Part shown: in pieces, positions 25,466 to 33,947 of the stretch
Position numbering within the stretch: the stretch's first letter is position 1
Layout of the letters: every line of letters begins with the position of its first letter
Virus record (IMG/VR): IMGVR_UViG_3300038829_000052
Location: 1-49,079 of that record
Length of the DNA: 49,079 bases
Strand: one strand, 5' to 3'
Source: a virus
Lineage: Duplodnaviria; Caudoviricetes
Notes under the pieces: generated by a model
What the model was told of the DNA's origin: nothing
The model's input: only the letters and a program-made list of their open reading frames with translations
The model's database searches: none
Translations under genes and position numbers: made by a program

Positions 25466-25945
25466 TCACGCAAGCCTTTCTCGTGCCGCCGCCAGCAGCG
25501 CCTTGAAATCCGCATCCTCCACAGCCCGCGCCACGCGGATTCCGTGCAGCACCGTCGAGTGATCGCGGCGGAAGTACCGGCCTATCTGCGGTGTGGATTT
25601 ACCCGTCAGTTCGTGCGCCAGCAGGAAGGCCGCTTGCCGGGGCCGGGCGATGTAGAGCTTGCGGTTTTGCGATCTCAACTCATCAAATGCCACGTTCCAC
25701 GCCCAGCAGACGGCTTGGGCGATGCGGTCCAATTCCAGCCGGGGCGGCTCTACCGGCCTCGCCATCGCGTGTTGCATCGCAACATGGGGGTTGATCTTGA
25801 CCCTGACGGAAACCGCGTAGGAAGGCCGTACAGGCGGTTTGGGTGCCCTCGGGCGGGCATAGAGCCTTGGGGGCACGAAAGGGCGATGTGGGGCCTCGTT
25901 GCGGGCCGTGGGGACGTGGTTTGCCCTAATAATTGCGACCATCAT
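25466..25945 (-). CDS. DnaA C-terminal (domain IV, Bac_DnaA_C) HTH protein
   Basis: L.S..R...IARPRQ.A..L..ELT..S.PQIGR.F.RDHSTV.HG. Confidence 0.88.
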   Translation of the reverse strand: MMVAIIRANHVPTARNEAPHRPFVPPRLYARPRAPKPPVRPSYAVSVRVKINPHVAMQHAMARPVEPPRLELDRIAQAVCWAWNVAFDELRSQNRKLYIARPRQAAFLLAHELTGKSTPQIGRYFRRDHSTVLHGIRVARAVEDADFKALLAAARERLA

Positions 25946-26163
25946 TTCACCCCCGGTATGCCGTGTGTTTTGATCTCGTAGATCGTCCCCGCCTTGTGCG
26001 GCTTCGGCACGAGTTCGATCTTCACCACGATCCCACGGTCGGCGTAGTATTTGCGGATGCGGGCCGCGCACTTCTTGGCCGATTCCAGATTTTCGTCGGC
26101 GCGGGGCTTGTAGTCGGGGAAGCGGGAGATTTTCAAATTTGACGCATTATCATCGTGTCTCAT
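25942..26163 (-). CDS. Hypothetical protein
   Basis: ATGA-coupled at both ends. Confidence 0.5.
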   Translation of the reverse strand: MRHDDNASNLKISRFPDYKPRADENLESAKKCAARIRKYYADRGIVVKIELVPKPHKAGTIYEIKTHGIPGVK

Positions 26164-26836
26164 ACCAGAGAGCCCTGTTTCATCTTCGGTTCGGGGAGCG
26201 GCAGCCGTGGCTCGCGTGTTGCGGCTTCGATCCGGCGGCACGCAATGTCGAAATACTTGGGCTCGATCTCGATGCCGATGAACTTCCGCCCGAGCTTCAC
26301 GCAGGCTACGCCCGTGGTGCCGCTGCCCATGAAGGGATCGAGGATCGTTTCGGTATCGCCGATTTGTTCAATCGACCACACCATCAACTCGACGGGCTTC
26401 TGTGACGGGTGTGCGGCGGTTTGTAGAGACTTTTCGAGCGATGCGGATTTGACTGACTTCTCAAACCGGCGCGCGTTCATATCGAGCGACGTCCACGCAA
26501 GCTCAAGATCGGCCATCGAGGGCGCGTTGCCGGTTTTCGTCCATGCGAGCCAGCCGCGAGATTGAGGAAGCGCGAAGTGGTTGCCGCCCAAATTACAACC
26601 TTGTCGGAAACCTTCAGAAATGCAGTTAAATCAGGCTTTTCATTGTCCCAAGTTTCGCGTACCATGCCGTTTGCGCGTTGGTAGCGCGTCGGCTGCGCCG
26701 CGAATCCAATCCCATACGGCGGGTCGGTAATCACGGCATCCACCCCGCCCAACGTCGGCAGCACCTCCCGGCAATCCCCGAGATACAGCGTGCAGTCGCC
26801 GATGTGCTCGACCCTCAAATCGGCCTCCACAGACAA
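26160..26836 (-). pseudogene. N6-adenine/N4-cytosine DNA methyltransferase split by a 1-nt frameshift near 26588
   Basis: 5' frame has LYLGDC...TDPPYG...VVIW. 3' frame has GGNHF...HPSQKP...[11 protein letters not shown]...FIGIE. One G is missing from the expected TGG-GGC-GGC-AAC. Confidence 0.85.
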
Positions 26837-26954
26837 AGCGAATGGAACCCATGCGCGCCCGGCAGCGGTTCAACGATGAACGGAAGCATCCAACCCCGCG
26901 CGAGATAGGCGAGGAAGCCGGTGAGGGGGGCGTAGAGATAGAGGCAGTCGTCGG

Positions 26955-27527
26955 TCATGCTACGAACTTTTCTTTCTCATTGCCCCATGTCACCCAATCC
27001 GGGCGAGGCGTGCGGGCGAATAGTTCGCAGCGCGGCACATCACCACAAAGCCTGACAATGGCGTTGTGTATCTCATCGGGCTTCCGGGAATGTTCTCGAA
27101 CCGGGGAGAAGATAACTTGAGCCTCGCCCTTGCTGATCCGCTCGTACCCATTGCCCCGGGTGGCAAGCCAGCACTGCTCCATTCCCGCCCTTGTGTGATA
27201 GCCGAGCCCCATCCGAACGTCCTCGCCCGAGTAGAACAGCCGATCCTGCTTGCCCTTGATCTTCACCCAAGCGAAGGCAACCGTTTTGAATTTGAAGCCC
27301 CACGCCTCGATGAGTTCAAGGGCTTCCGGTAGCATCGGCTGCACCACCCATAGAAACAGCGCCGCGTCTTTCCATGCGATTGACGAAACGGGCAGCGCCT
27401 TGATGTCGGAAGGGGACATGCAGTTATAGTGTTGCGACGCCCCCCTGCCTTCACCACGATGCGACCACGCGGCAAAGGACCAGGGGGGATCGGCAAGTAT
27501 TACCTCGAAGGGACCGGCGGGAAGCAC
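26955..27527 (-). CDS. MT-A70 family adenine methyltransferase
   Basis: ILADPPW, HY.CM, LFLW, AWGF.FKT..F.WVK, G.GY.TR...E, REHSRKPD, ELFAR. Confidence 0.93.
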   Translation of the reverse strand: MLPAGPFEVILADPPWSFAAWSHRGEGRGASQHYNCMSPSDIKALPVSSIAWKDAALFLWVVQPMLPEALELIEAWGFKFKTVAFAWVKIKGKQDRLFYSGEDVRMGLGYHTRAGMEQCWLATRGNGYERISKGEAQVIFSPVREHSRKPDEIHNAIVRLCGDVPRCELFARTPRPDWVTWGNEKEKFVA

Positions 27528-28336
27528 TATGCCACCACCCGCATGTAACCCTTCATATTGAGCGGGCGCGGCAATCGCTGGAGGCTTTCACCAACGCTCC
27601 ATTTCTCGAATGCGGTTATGGCGCGACGACACACCTTTTCGTTTTGGCCGCCGCCGTAGCGTCCCCGCGCCCAAACGATTACCTCGTGAGCGGCCTGAAT
27701 CCCGTCCATTTGGCCGTTGGCCTTAGTTCCCCTGTCTGCGAGAACCGCTCGCCAAAACCGCTCGGCTTTTGTGCCGTGCTTGTGGTGGGTGAGAAGAATC
27801 GCGCCGACTATCCCGGTGGGCAACATTCCCCGGCGAAGATTCAGGGTATCTAGGAACGCGATCGAGGCGCTTATAGTCCTCATAACCTCGTATTCCCGCC
27901 CCTTCATCCCTATATTTCGGGAGACAATGTTAATGGCGTTCGCGATGAGGCCGTTTCGCACGATGTCGGAAACTGCGCCGATCCCGCTCTCACGAAGGCC
28001 GCCGTACACTCGATCAGCGGCTTTCTCGACCGCCGCCTGGCTGTCGTAATGGGTATAAAGTTCCTTCGCTTCTTCTATGGAGTGAACGTCATAGACGACG
28101 ACGTTCAGTTTTTCGGGCTTATCCACATCTCCGCGCTGCCACATCAACGAGCGCGTATGCCCGTCAAGTTTGGTAAGTTCGCCATTGGGCAGTCTGGCGG
28201 CGGCGACAACGGCGTGATCCTTGGAGGGCTTCAAAAGATGTTTGGACTTTTCGGCCCGCCCCTCCGTGTCGCGCTGGCGAGGGTTGTCTTGAATTTGCGC
28301 CCATTCGTCGGTAGTCATTCTGAGCATTGTCGTCAC
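27527..28336 (-). CDS. Hypothetical protein with a ParB/Srx-like N-terminal motif
   Basis: NPRQR...LDGHTR resembles the ParB-like (D)G(H/Q)(H/T)R motif. Confidence 0.5.
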   Translation of the reverse strand: MTTMLRMTTDEWAQIQDNPRQRDTEGRAEKSKHLLKPSKDHAVVAAARLPNGELTKLDGHTRSLMWQRGDVDKPEKLNVVVYDVHSIEEAKELYTHYDSQAAVEKAADRVYGGLRESGIGAVSDIVRNGLIANAINIVSRNIGMKGREYEVMRTISASIAFLDTLNLRRGMLPTGIVGAILLTHHKHGTKAERFWRAVLADRGTKANGQMDGIQAAHEVIVWARGRYGGGQNEKVCRRAITAFEKWSVGESLQRLPRPLNMKGYMRVVA

Positions 28337-28370
28337 GGCTCGCCTCCTTGATTAAGGTTTAGGACACGTT

Positions 28371-28703
28371 TCATGCTGCGCGGACCTCTACTTCAGCACC
28401 CCTCACATTGTCATTCCACGCGCACAGCACGGACACGACAAAGCGGTCATCCGCGATCATCCGCATCTTCGTTAACAAATCCAAGATCGCTTTGATTCGA
28501 TTGTCACAGTCAGCGCGTTTATCGCGGGGGCCGATTTGGATGTTCACCAGGACATCTCCCGAGAACTTCTGGGGGCGTTGGGATAGGAGGGTGTAACCAG
28601 CCTCGGTTAGCCATGCCGTATAGGATTTGGTTTTCACTCGGCCCCGACCCGGCACGTTCCGGTACATCTGGTTGACCGATGGCGGCATAGATAGGCGGAT
28701 CAT
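28371..28703 (-). CDS. rusA: RusA-family Holliday junction resolvase
   Basis: PPSVN..Y, R.D.DN..KA..D.L.....DD..V. Confidence 0.88.
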   Translation of the reverse strand: MIRLSMPPSVNQMYRNVPGRGRVKTKSYTAWLTEAGYTLLSQRPQKFSGDVLVNIQIGPRDKRADCDNRIKAILDLLTKMRMIADDRFVVSVLCAWNDNVRGAEVEVRAA

Positions 28704-28827
28704 TTCGCGAGTTCCCGCCGCAACAGCGTCGCGGTCCAGTTCCGGTACTCCCGCCAGCGCGATTGCTTTTGGCCCTGCGGGGATGAGCGCCAGCGTTTGC
28801 GGAGGCGGGCGTGCTTGGGGGGGCGTT

Positions 28828-29028
28828 TCATGGGCGCGTCATTTCCGCAACGATCATGGGATCGTAGTAATCCGCCGCCATCATGACGATGCCGCGCTTG
28901 CATCGGCTTGCGGCAAAGGCGCGTGCAAGGTGAGCCATCGCGCGGTCATACGATTTGTGGGTCGCACCCGTGCGATACCACTTGCGGCACCCTGCCAAGC
29001 GCAGATGCACGGAATAGGTTCTGTTCAT
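28828..29028 (-). CDS. Hypothetical protein
   Basis: Part of a chain of coupled small minus-strand ORFs (28700-29453). Confidence 0.4.
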   Translation of the reverse strand: MNRTYSVHLRLAGCRKWYRTGATHKSYDRAMAHLARAFAASRCKRGIVMMAADYYDPMIVAEMTRP

Positions 29029-29276
29029 GCCGCGATTGATGTGAATGGGGGCGGCGAGCGGCGCGGTCGCTCCACGCCGCTCGCCGTGGCCGGGCACAAT
29101 GGGCACCGTGCTCACCGGCCGTCCGGGCGCGGGATGTGGCGCGCCGGGATTCACTTCACTTCCTCCGCATCCGCCGCGCGACGCCCAGCCACCAATTCGC
29201 CCACGCGGCGTGACGGTCGGATTTCTTGAGCGCGAACCAGCGGAGAACTCTGCGCCATCGTCGCAAGCTCGGCCTC

Positions 29277-29453
29277 TCATGCGCGCGCTTTCTTGCGCCC
29301 ATTCTTGCGTTTGGCCGCAATTTTTGCTGCCGACCGCCGCTTCCTGGCATAAATCCTATTGTAGGCCCGCACATGCTCGCGATTTTCGTCGCGCCACATT
29401 GCACGATAGCGGTTGGGGTCGCGCGTCGATATGCCGGGGAAATCGTCTCTCAT
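29277..29453 (-). CDS. Small basic protein, first gene of the leftward early arm
   Basis: WR.ENREHVRAYNR.Y.RKRR. Directly below the divergent promoter. Confidence 0.45.
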   Translation of the reverse strand: MRDDFPGISTRDPNRYRAMWRDENREHVRAYNRIYARKRRSAAKIAAKRKNGRKKARA

Positions 29454-29454
29454 G

Positions 29455-29543
29455 GGGGCATGAATGGCATAAACTGCTGCCGTGGTCAAGACTCGAAAAA
29501 TTCCGATTAATGTTCTTGACCCAGCCCCGCCAGTGTGCATGAT
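29455..29543. promoter_or_regulatory. Back-to-back divergent promoters (both -35 TTGACC)
   Basis: ggtcaaga (29484-29491) and tcttgacc (29514-29521) are inverted around an AT-rich spacer. Plus strand TTGACC-N16-CATGAT. Confidence 0.55.
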
Positions 29544-29572
29544 GCGCCCCGTTCACCCGAACGGAGCGCCAC

Positions 29573-30484
29573 ATGCCCACCCCGATCAAAACCCAAGCCG
29601 AACTCGACGCCGCAATCGCAGCGCGTCCGAACGATTGGCATATCGTCGCCGAGGGCCGGTTTTCGATCAGCATTGGGCGCGTCGAGGCGTGGGGAAACGC
29701 GTCCGTCGAGGCGCGGGAAAACGCGTCCGTCGAGGCGCGGGGAAACGCGTCCGTCGTGGCGTGGGGAAACGCGTCCGTCGAGGCGCGGGGAAACGCGTCC
29801 GTCGTGGCGTGGGGAAACGCGTCCGTCGTGGCGTGGGGAAACGCGTCCGTCGAGGCGCGGGAAAACGCGTCCGTCGAGGCGCGGGAAAACGCGTCCGTCG
29901 AGGCGTGGGGAAACGCGTCCGTCGAGGCGTGGGGAAACGCGTCCGTCGAGGCGCGGGAAAACGCGTCCGTCGAGGCGTGGGGAAATGTCTTCGTTCGCCT
30001 TTTCAGCGCCCTGAAAATCACTGTGTCGTTCGGCGTCATAATCGCCAAACACGGTGAAGCGAAGACGCTGACGGGCGGTCAAATCGTCGAGTGCAAGCCG
30101 CCGCTGACCGCAAAGGAATGGTGCGAGCATCACGGCATCGCCGTCAAAGACGGTGTTGCGCTAGTGTTCAAAGGTGTGAATGCCGAGTTCCATTCCGAAC
30201 AGGGCGGCGTCTACACCCCAGGCTCAACTCCGGTCGCGCCGGATTGGGACGGCGGCAAAGCCGAGTGTGGCGGCGGCCTTCACTTTTCGCCGCTACCGCA
30301 GATGACGCACGAATTTTGCACGCCCATCAAATTCGTTGCGTGCCCCGTGGCTCTCGCGGATATGCGGGCGCCGCAAGAGGGCGACGATTACCCGAACAAG
30401 ATCAAGGCGCGCGGCGCGCACGCGCCGGTCTACGAAGTTGACAAGAAGGGCGATCGTGTCGCGCCCACGGAGAAAGCCGCATGA
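29573..30484 (+). CDS. Octapeptide-repeat (beta-solenoid-like) protein with a C-terminal CGGGLHF domain
   Basis: 13 x V[EV]A[WR][GE]NAS, then FK.V...F.S..G..Y.PG...CGGGLHF...K.KA. Confidence 0.8.
   Translation: MPTPIKTQAELDAAIAARPNDWHIVAEGRFSISIGRVEAWGNASVEARENASVEARGNASVVAWGNASVEARGNASVVAWGNASVVAWGNASVEARENASVEARENASVEAWGNASVEAWGNASVEARENASVEAWGNVFVRLFSALKITVSFGVIIAKHGEAKTLTGGQIVECKPPLTAKEWCEHHGIAVKDGVALVFKGVNAEFHSEQGGVYTPGSTPVAPDWDGGKAECGGGLHFSPLPQMTHEFCTPIKFVACPVALADMRAPQEGDDYPNKIKARGAHAPVYEVDKKGDRVAPTEKAA
29681..29992 (+). repeat. 24-bp tandem repeat, 12 full copies plus 1 partial
   Basis: gtcg[a/t]ggcg[t/c]ggg[g/a]aaacgcgtcc. Confidence 0.95.
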
Positions 30485-30720
30485 AACCCATCGATCTCTC
30501 CTGGACCGCAAAGCCGCCCGAAGGCACGGGCGCCGGATCGCGGCTGGCCACGATCATCGCAGAGGCTGCGCAGTATCAAATGCAAGCCGGTGCGCTGCTC
30601 TCGGAAGCCAAACTCATGCGCGCCGCCGCCGTGAAAGCCGCGCGCCGTGCCGAGCGGATGATCGCGCCCTCGTCGAGTTCGTGGAGCGCTGAGCGCGTTC
30701 GCCGAAACGTTGAGGAATAA
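30481..30720 (+). CDS. Hypothetical protein
   Basis: ATGA-coupled. Confidence 0.5.
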   Translation: MKPIDLSWTAKPPEGTGAGSRLATIIAEAAQYQMQAGALLSEAKLMRAAAVKAARRAERMIAPSSSSWSAERVRRNVEE

Positions 30721-30723
30721 GCA

Positions 30724-30999
30724 ATGGGCCTGAACATCTTCACACGCGGACTGACGGGCGGCTATGCGGAAGAAGCCGCCGCAGCAGATCGCGAGCGCCG
30801 CCAGGAAGACGCGGACGCGGATATCGCCGAGATCACGAAGGCCCGAAACGCGTGGATCGCTTGCCGAGACGAGTTCGCGCGGCTGTTCAAGCATTGGCGC
30901 GTCGATCACACGGCCATTCTCGAGGACGCGGACGCCGGACTGCACGATGCGTGCGGCGACTTGATCGGCGCGATCCGGCAGCGGCACAGAGTGGAGTAA
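30724..30999 (+). CDS. Hypothetical protein
   Basis: GAGG RBS. Confidence 0.55.
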   Translation: MGLNIFTRGLTGGYAEEAAAADRERRQEDADADIAEITKARNAWIACRDEFARLFKHWRVDHTAILEDADAGLHDACGDLIGAIRQRHRVE

Positions 31000-31058
31000 G
31001 GCGATAACCAATACCGACGCCACGTAGCCGAGATCAACATCCAAAGCAGGAAAATACC

Positions 31059-31172
31059 ATGGCCTATGTTTCGAAGAACCTCTCCGTGCTCGCCTATACC
31101 AACGGCTTCTCGCTCTGGCACTACACCACGCCCGACGCCGCCGCGTTGATCGCGCGATTGCGGAAAGAATAG
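31059..31172 (+). CDS. 37-aa ORF (MAYVSKNLSVLAYTNGFSLWHYTTPD...), probably a truncated fragment
   Basis: Hand translation, AGGA RBS. Confidence 0.5.
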   Translation: MAYVSKNLSVLAYTNGFSLWHYTTPDAAALIARLRKE

Positions 31173-31174
31173 CC

Positions 31175-31366
31175 ATGCCCATCTTCCCCCGCCATGACTA
31201 CACCGCAGACGGCACGCTCGGCCAATCCCTCCGCCGCGCCGCCGAGGAACGCCCCGGCTTCATGCGCTCGCTCATCGGCGGGTTGGGGCGCGCGCGGTTC
31301 TGGATCGGCATCGCGCTGACCGCTGCGGCGGGCTGGTTCATCGTGTGGGCGGGGGTGCTCGCATGA
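31175..31366 (+). CDS. Small membrane protein
   Basis: C-terminal hydrophobic helix. Confidence 0.5.
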   Translation: MPIFPRHDYTADGTLGQSLRRAAEERPGFMRSLIGGLGRARFWIGIALTAAAGWFIVWAGVLA

Positions 31367-31572
31367 CGTGGCAACCGATTGAGACGGCGCCGAGGGATGG
31401 CACATCAATATTGATCGTCAATAACCGCACGCGACCGGCCATGCAGGCCGTCGTTTATTGGGATGAAGATGCGCACAGCGTTGATTGGCGGTGGGCCGTA
31501 GATGATGCGGAATTTTCCTATCATCGTGAGTATCCAACCCACTGGATGCCCCTCCCGGAGCCGCCGAAATGA
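31363..31572 (+). CDS. DUF551-type protein (copy 1)
   Basis: WQPIETAPRDG...PTHWMPLPEPP. Confidence 0.85.
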   Translation: MTWQPIETAPRDGTSILIVNNRTRPAMQAVVYWDEDAHSVDWRWAVDDAEFSYHREYPTHWMPLPEPPK

Positions 31573-31880
31573 TCTTCCTTCGCCGCCCGCTGACGGTCGA
31601 GCTTACCGAAATGATCGCCCAACTCGGCACCATCATCGCCGCCGCGCGCACGCTCGTCCCGCAGCTCTGCGCTGAGGTGGAGAAGTGGCGTAACGAATGT
31701 ACATATTTGCGCGAAGATAAGGCCGTGCTTGAGTCCGCTATTCATTCGATGAAGGCAGATGAAAACATGATGCTCGCCCTCAAGCAAAACGCCGAGCAAT
31801 TGCAGTACGAGGCCGAGCGCAAATTGACAGTCACACTCGCGCGCATCGCCGAGCTTGAGGCCAAGGGAGAGGGGAAATGA
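31569..31880 (+). CDS. Coiled-coil hypothetical protein
   Basis: ATGA-coupled. Confidence 0.55.
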   Translation: MIFLRRPLTVELTEMIAQLGTIIAAARTLVPQLCAEVEKWRNECTYLREDKAVLESAIHSMKADENMMLALKQNAEQLQYEAERKLTVTLARIAELEAKGEGK

Positions 31881-32170
31881 GTGATACCAAGAATTGCTAC
31901 GGATGCAAATTCGCGGTGTTCGAGGATTTTGGTTACTCGAACTACACCGTCGAAGGGACGAGTTTCAGTTGTGCGAAGCGTGCACACCCTGACGGCACTT
32001 TTGATCGCTTTTACGGTGAGGATGCGCGACTTCGCCATGCGGAAAAGTGTGATGCTTTCGAGGAAGGTGAAGCGGCCAGTGTCGATTGTGAGCGCGAGTC
32101 ACTGAAAGATGGCACGCTCACTGCCGAACAGCTTGGAATCTACCAGACACATCTGGACGCACCCCAATGA
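31877..32170 (+). CDS. Cys-rich hypothetical protein
   Basis: C..CKF....D.GYSNYTVEG....C. Confidence 0.6.
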   Translation: MSDTKNCYGCKFAVFEDFGYSNYTVEGTSFSCAKRAHPDGTFDRFYGEDARLRHAEKCDAFEEGEAASVDCERESLKDGTLTAEQLGIYQTHLDAPQ

Positions 32171-32339
32171 CCCCCTCAACCCAACGGGCGCTCGTCGAGG
32201 CGCTGCGCGAATGCCGCACGTATCTCGGCACTCAAGCCACATCGAATTGGCACAACACGGACAAGCGGCCAAACCGTGCAGAAATAGTCCTGCATTCCGT
32301 CAACGGCGCCCTCGCGCGCGCCGAGAAGGAGATGGGGTC

Positions 32340-32747
32340 GTGAGCAAGGAAGCGGCGGAGAGGATTATTGCGGACAGCCACGAAGGGCGCGATCACATCT
32401 TTTACTACAAACAGGATGCGGTTGATGTCGCCCGAGCCTACCTCGCCCTTCTCGCCCCCAGCGAGGATGACGAGAAGGTGGCTAGGGCGCTCGTCAAACA
32501 GCACTTCTGCGAAGGCTCATTCAAGGAAATTCAGGATGATTTGACAGTTGCCATCGCCCAAGCCCTCTCCGCCGCGCGAGCCCGGCAGAGGGAGGCGGAT
32601 GCGAAGATCGCAACAGATGACGCCGACAGAAATATTGAAGCCGCCGGTCGCGCAAATATGTGCGGCGACGTTCCGTCCGCGCTGCATCACGAATTAGAAG
32701 CCAGCACAGGCTATCGCATCGCCGCCGCCATCCGAGGCGCGCCATAG
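32340..32747 (+). CDS. Hypothetical protein
   Basis: GTG start after GGAG, IAAAIR C-terminus. Confidence 0.5.
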   Translation: MSKEAAERIIADSHEGRDHIFYYKQDAVDVARAYLALLAPSEDDEKVARALVKQHFCEGSFKEIQDDLTVAIAQALSAARARQREADAKIATDDADRNIEAAGRANMCGDVPSALHHELEASTGYRIAAAIRGAP

Positions 32748-32905
32748 GGGGATGGAGCCATGAGAGTCCTGGGAATGTTCGGCGGGATATGGTTGGCGCT
32801 AGGCGTGATGGGACTGGCGGGGATTGCTCCTGCAGCCGCTCAATGGATCGATTGCACCATTGTCGTCGTGGGCGCCGGATTAATTGGCCTCGCATGGAGT
32901 CAGCC

Positions 32906-33190
32906 ATGATGTTCATCCACAAAGCATTGACGGTAGAACTTACCGAACTGATCGCCCAGCTCGGCAAACTCGTGCTCGCAGATGACGGGATGACGCCCGA
33001 GGAAGTCCGCGATCTCCGCGAATTCATGCAGGCATACCGCGCGAAACATCATGCGGAATTGCGCGATGCGGAACGTGCCGGAATCTCGCTGAGGCGCGCG
33101 GCGAATGTGGTGCCGATCAGCGCGTTCGTGCGGGTGGAGCGGGCTTATGAGGGCTTGCCGTGCGACGTGGAACCGAAGGGAGCGGCGTGA
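32906..33190 (+). CDS. Hypothetical protein sharing its N-terminus with 31569
   Basis: LTVELTE.IAQLG is present in both. GGAG RBS. Confidence 0.55.
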   Translation: MMFIHKALTVELTELIAQLGKLVLADDGMTPEEVRDLREFMQAYRAKHHAELRDAERAGISLRRAANVVPISAFVRVERAYEGLPCDVEPKGAA

Positions 33191-33319
33191 TGGACGATAC
33201 AGGTAATCTCGTCCAGACAATCTATCGTGCAGTTGCCGATTTGGCGGAAGAACAGCGTTTTATGACTATCGACGAACGGGAAATGCTTCGTGCTGCGCGA
33301 CTCAACATAATGAGGGTTC

Positions 33320-33559
33320 TTGATGCCGACCTTCTGCTTCGAGTGCGATTTCTGTCAGAGAGACCACAAGGGCGCCCCCGAATATACTTGGACATGTCTG
33401 ATGTTCCCAAGACTGGAATCGGGCTTTCTCAGCCCGACGATACGAGACTCGAATCTCCCACCGTACATGCACTGTAAAAATATCAATGGCGGCGCTTGTC
33501 CGCTGTTTAAGCATAAAGCTGACGGTCAATCCAATCTATCTCTTCAAGAAGGAAAATGA
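33320..33559 (+). CDS. Cys-rich hypothetical protein
   Basis: C..C..C...W.C..FPR...PPY..C..IN.G.CPL. Confidence 0.55.
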   Translation: MMPTFCFECDFCQRDHKGAPEYTWTCLMFPRLESGFLSPTIRDSNLPPYMHCKNINGGACPLFKHKADGQSNLSLQEGK

Positions 33560-33560
33560 C

Positions 33561-33944
33561 ATGCGAATCTCCGGTGCCTTCCCGTCCACCTATCTCAAAG
33601 CTGCCGATCTCCAAGGAAAGTCGGTGCGGGTCAAGATCGACCGCATCGCCATGGAAGACATTGGCGGGGATCACAAGCCCGTTCTGTACTTCGAAGGCAA
33701 GGACAAGGGCATGGTCCTGAACAAGACCAACGCGAACAACATCGCGGCTGCCTACGGCGATGAAAGTGACGACTGGGGCGGAGCCGAAGTGGAACTATTC
33801 GAGGCCCAGGTCGATTTCCAAGGTAAGACCGTGCCGGCTATTCGCGTCCGCATCCCGCCGAGGAAACCGGAGAAGGCCGCGCAGCGCCCCGCCCCAGAAA
33901 CCAAGCCGCCGAGCAATTTCGATGATTCGGACATCCCGTTCTAG
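33561..33944 (+). CDS. Putative single-stranded DNA-binding protein
   Basis: FPS.YLKA.DL...KP.LYF......LNKTN...G...DW.G. Acidic DDSDIPF tail characteristic of SSBs. Confidence 0.65.
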   Translation: MRISGAFPSTYLKAADLQGKSVRVKIDRIAMEDIGGDHKPVLYFEGKDKGMVLNKTNANNIAAAYGDESDDWGGAEVELFEAQVDFQGKTVPAIRVRIPPRKPEKAAQRPAPETKPPSNFDDSDIPF

Positions 33945-33947
33945 GCC

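Noticed and set aside
25095-25515. ORFs 25095-25469 and 25231-25515
   Set aside because: Arg/Gly/Ala-rich low-information translations with no recognisable motif. The region is better explained as structured non-coding sequence, although 25469 does start at a coupled GTGA.
29681-29992. Possible CRISPR array
   Set aside because: Units are contiguous 24-mers with no unique spacers, lie in frame within a CDS, and no cas genes are present.
29356-30133. Repeat-containing ORFs in the other five frames
   Set aside because: The 24-bp unit has no stop in any frame. Only 29573-30484 continues into a recognisable domain.
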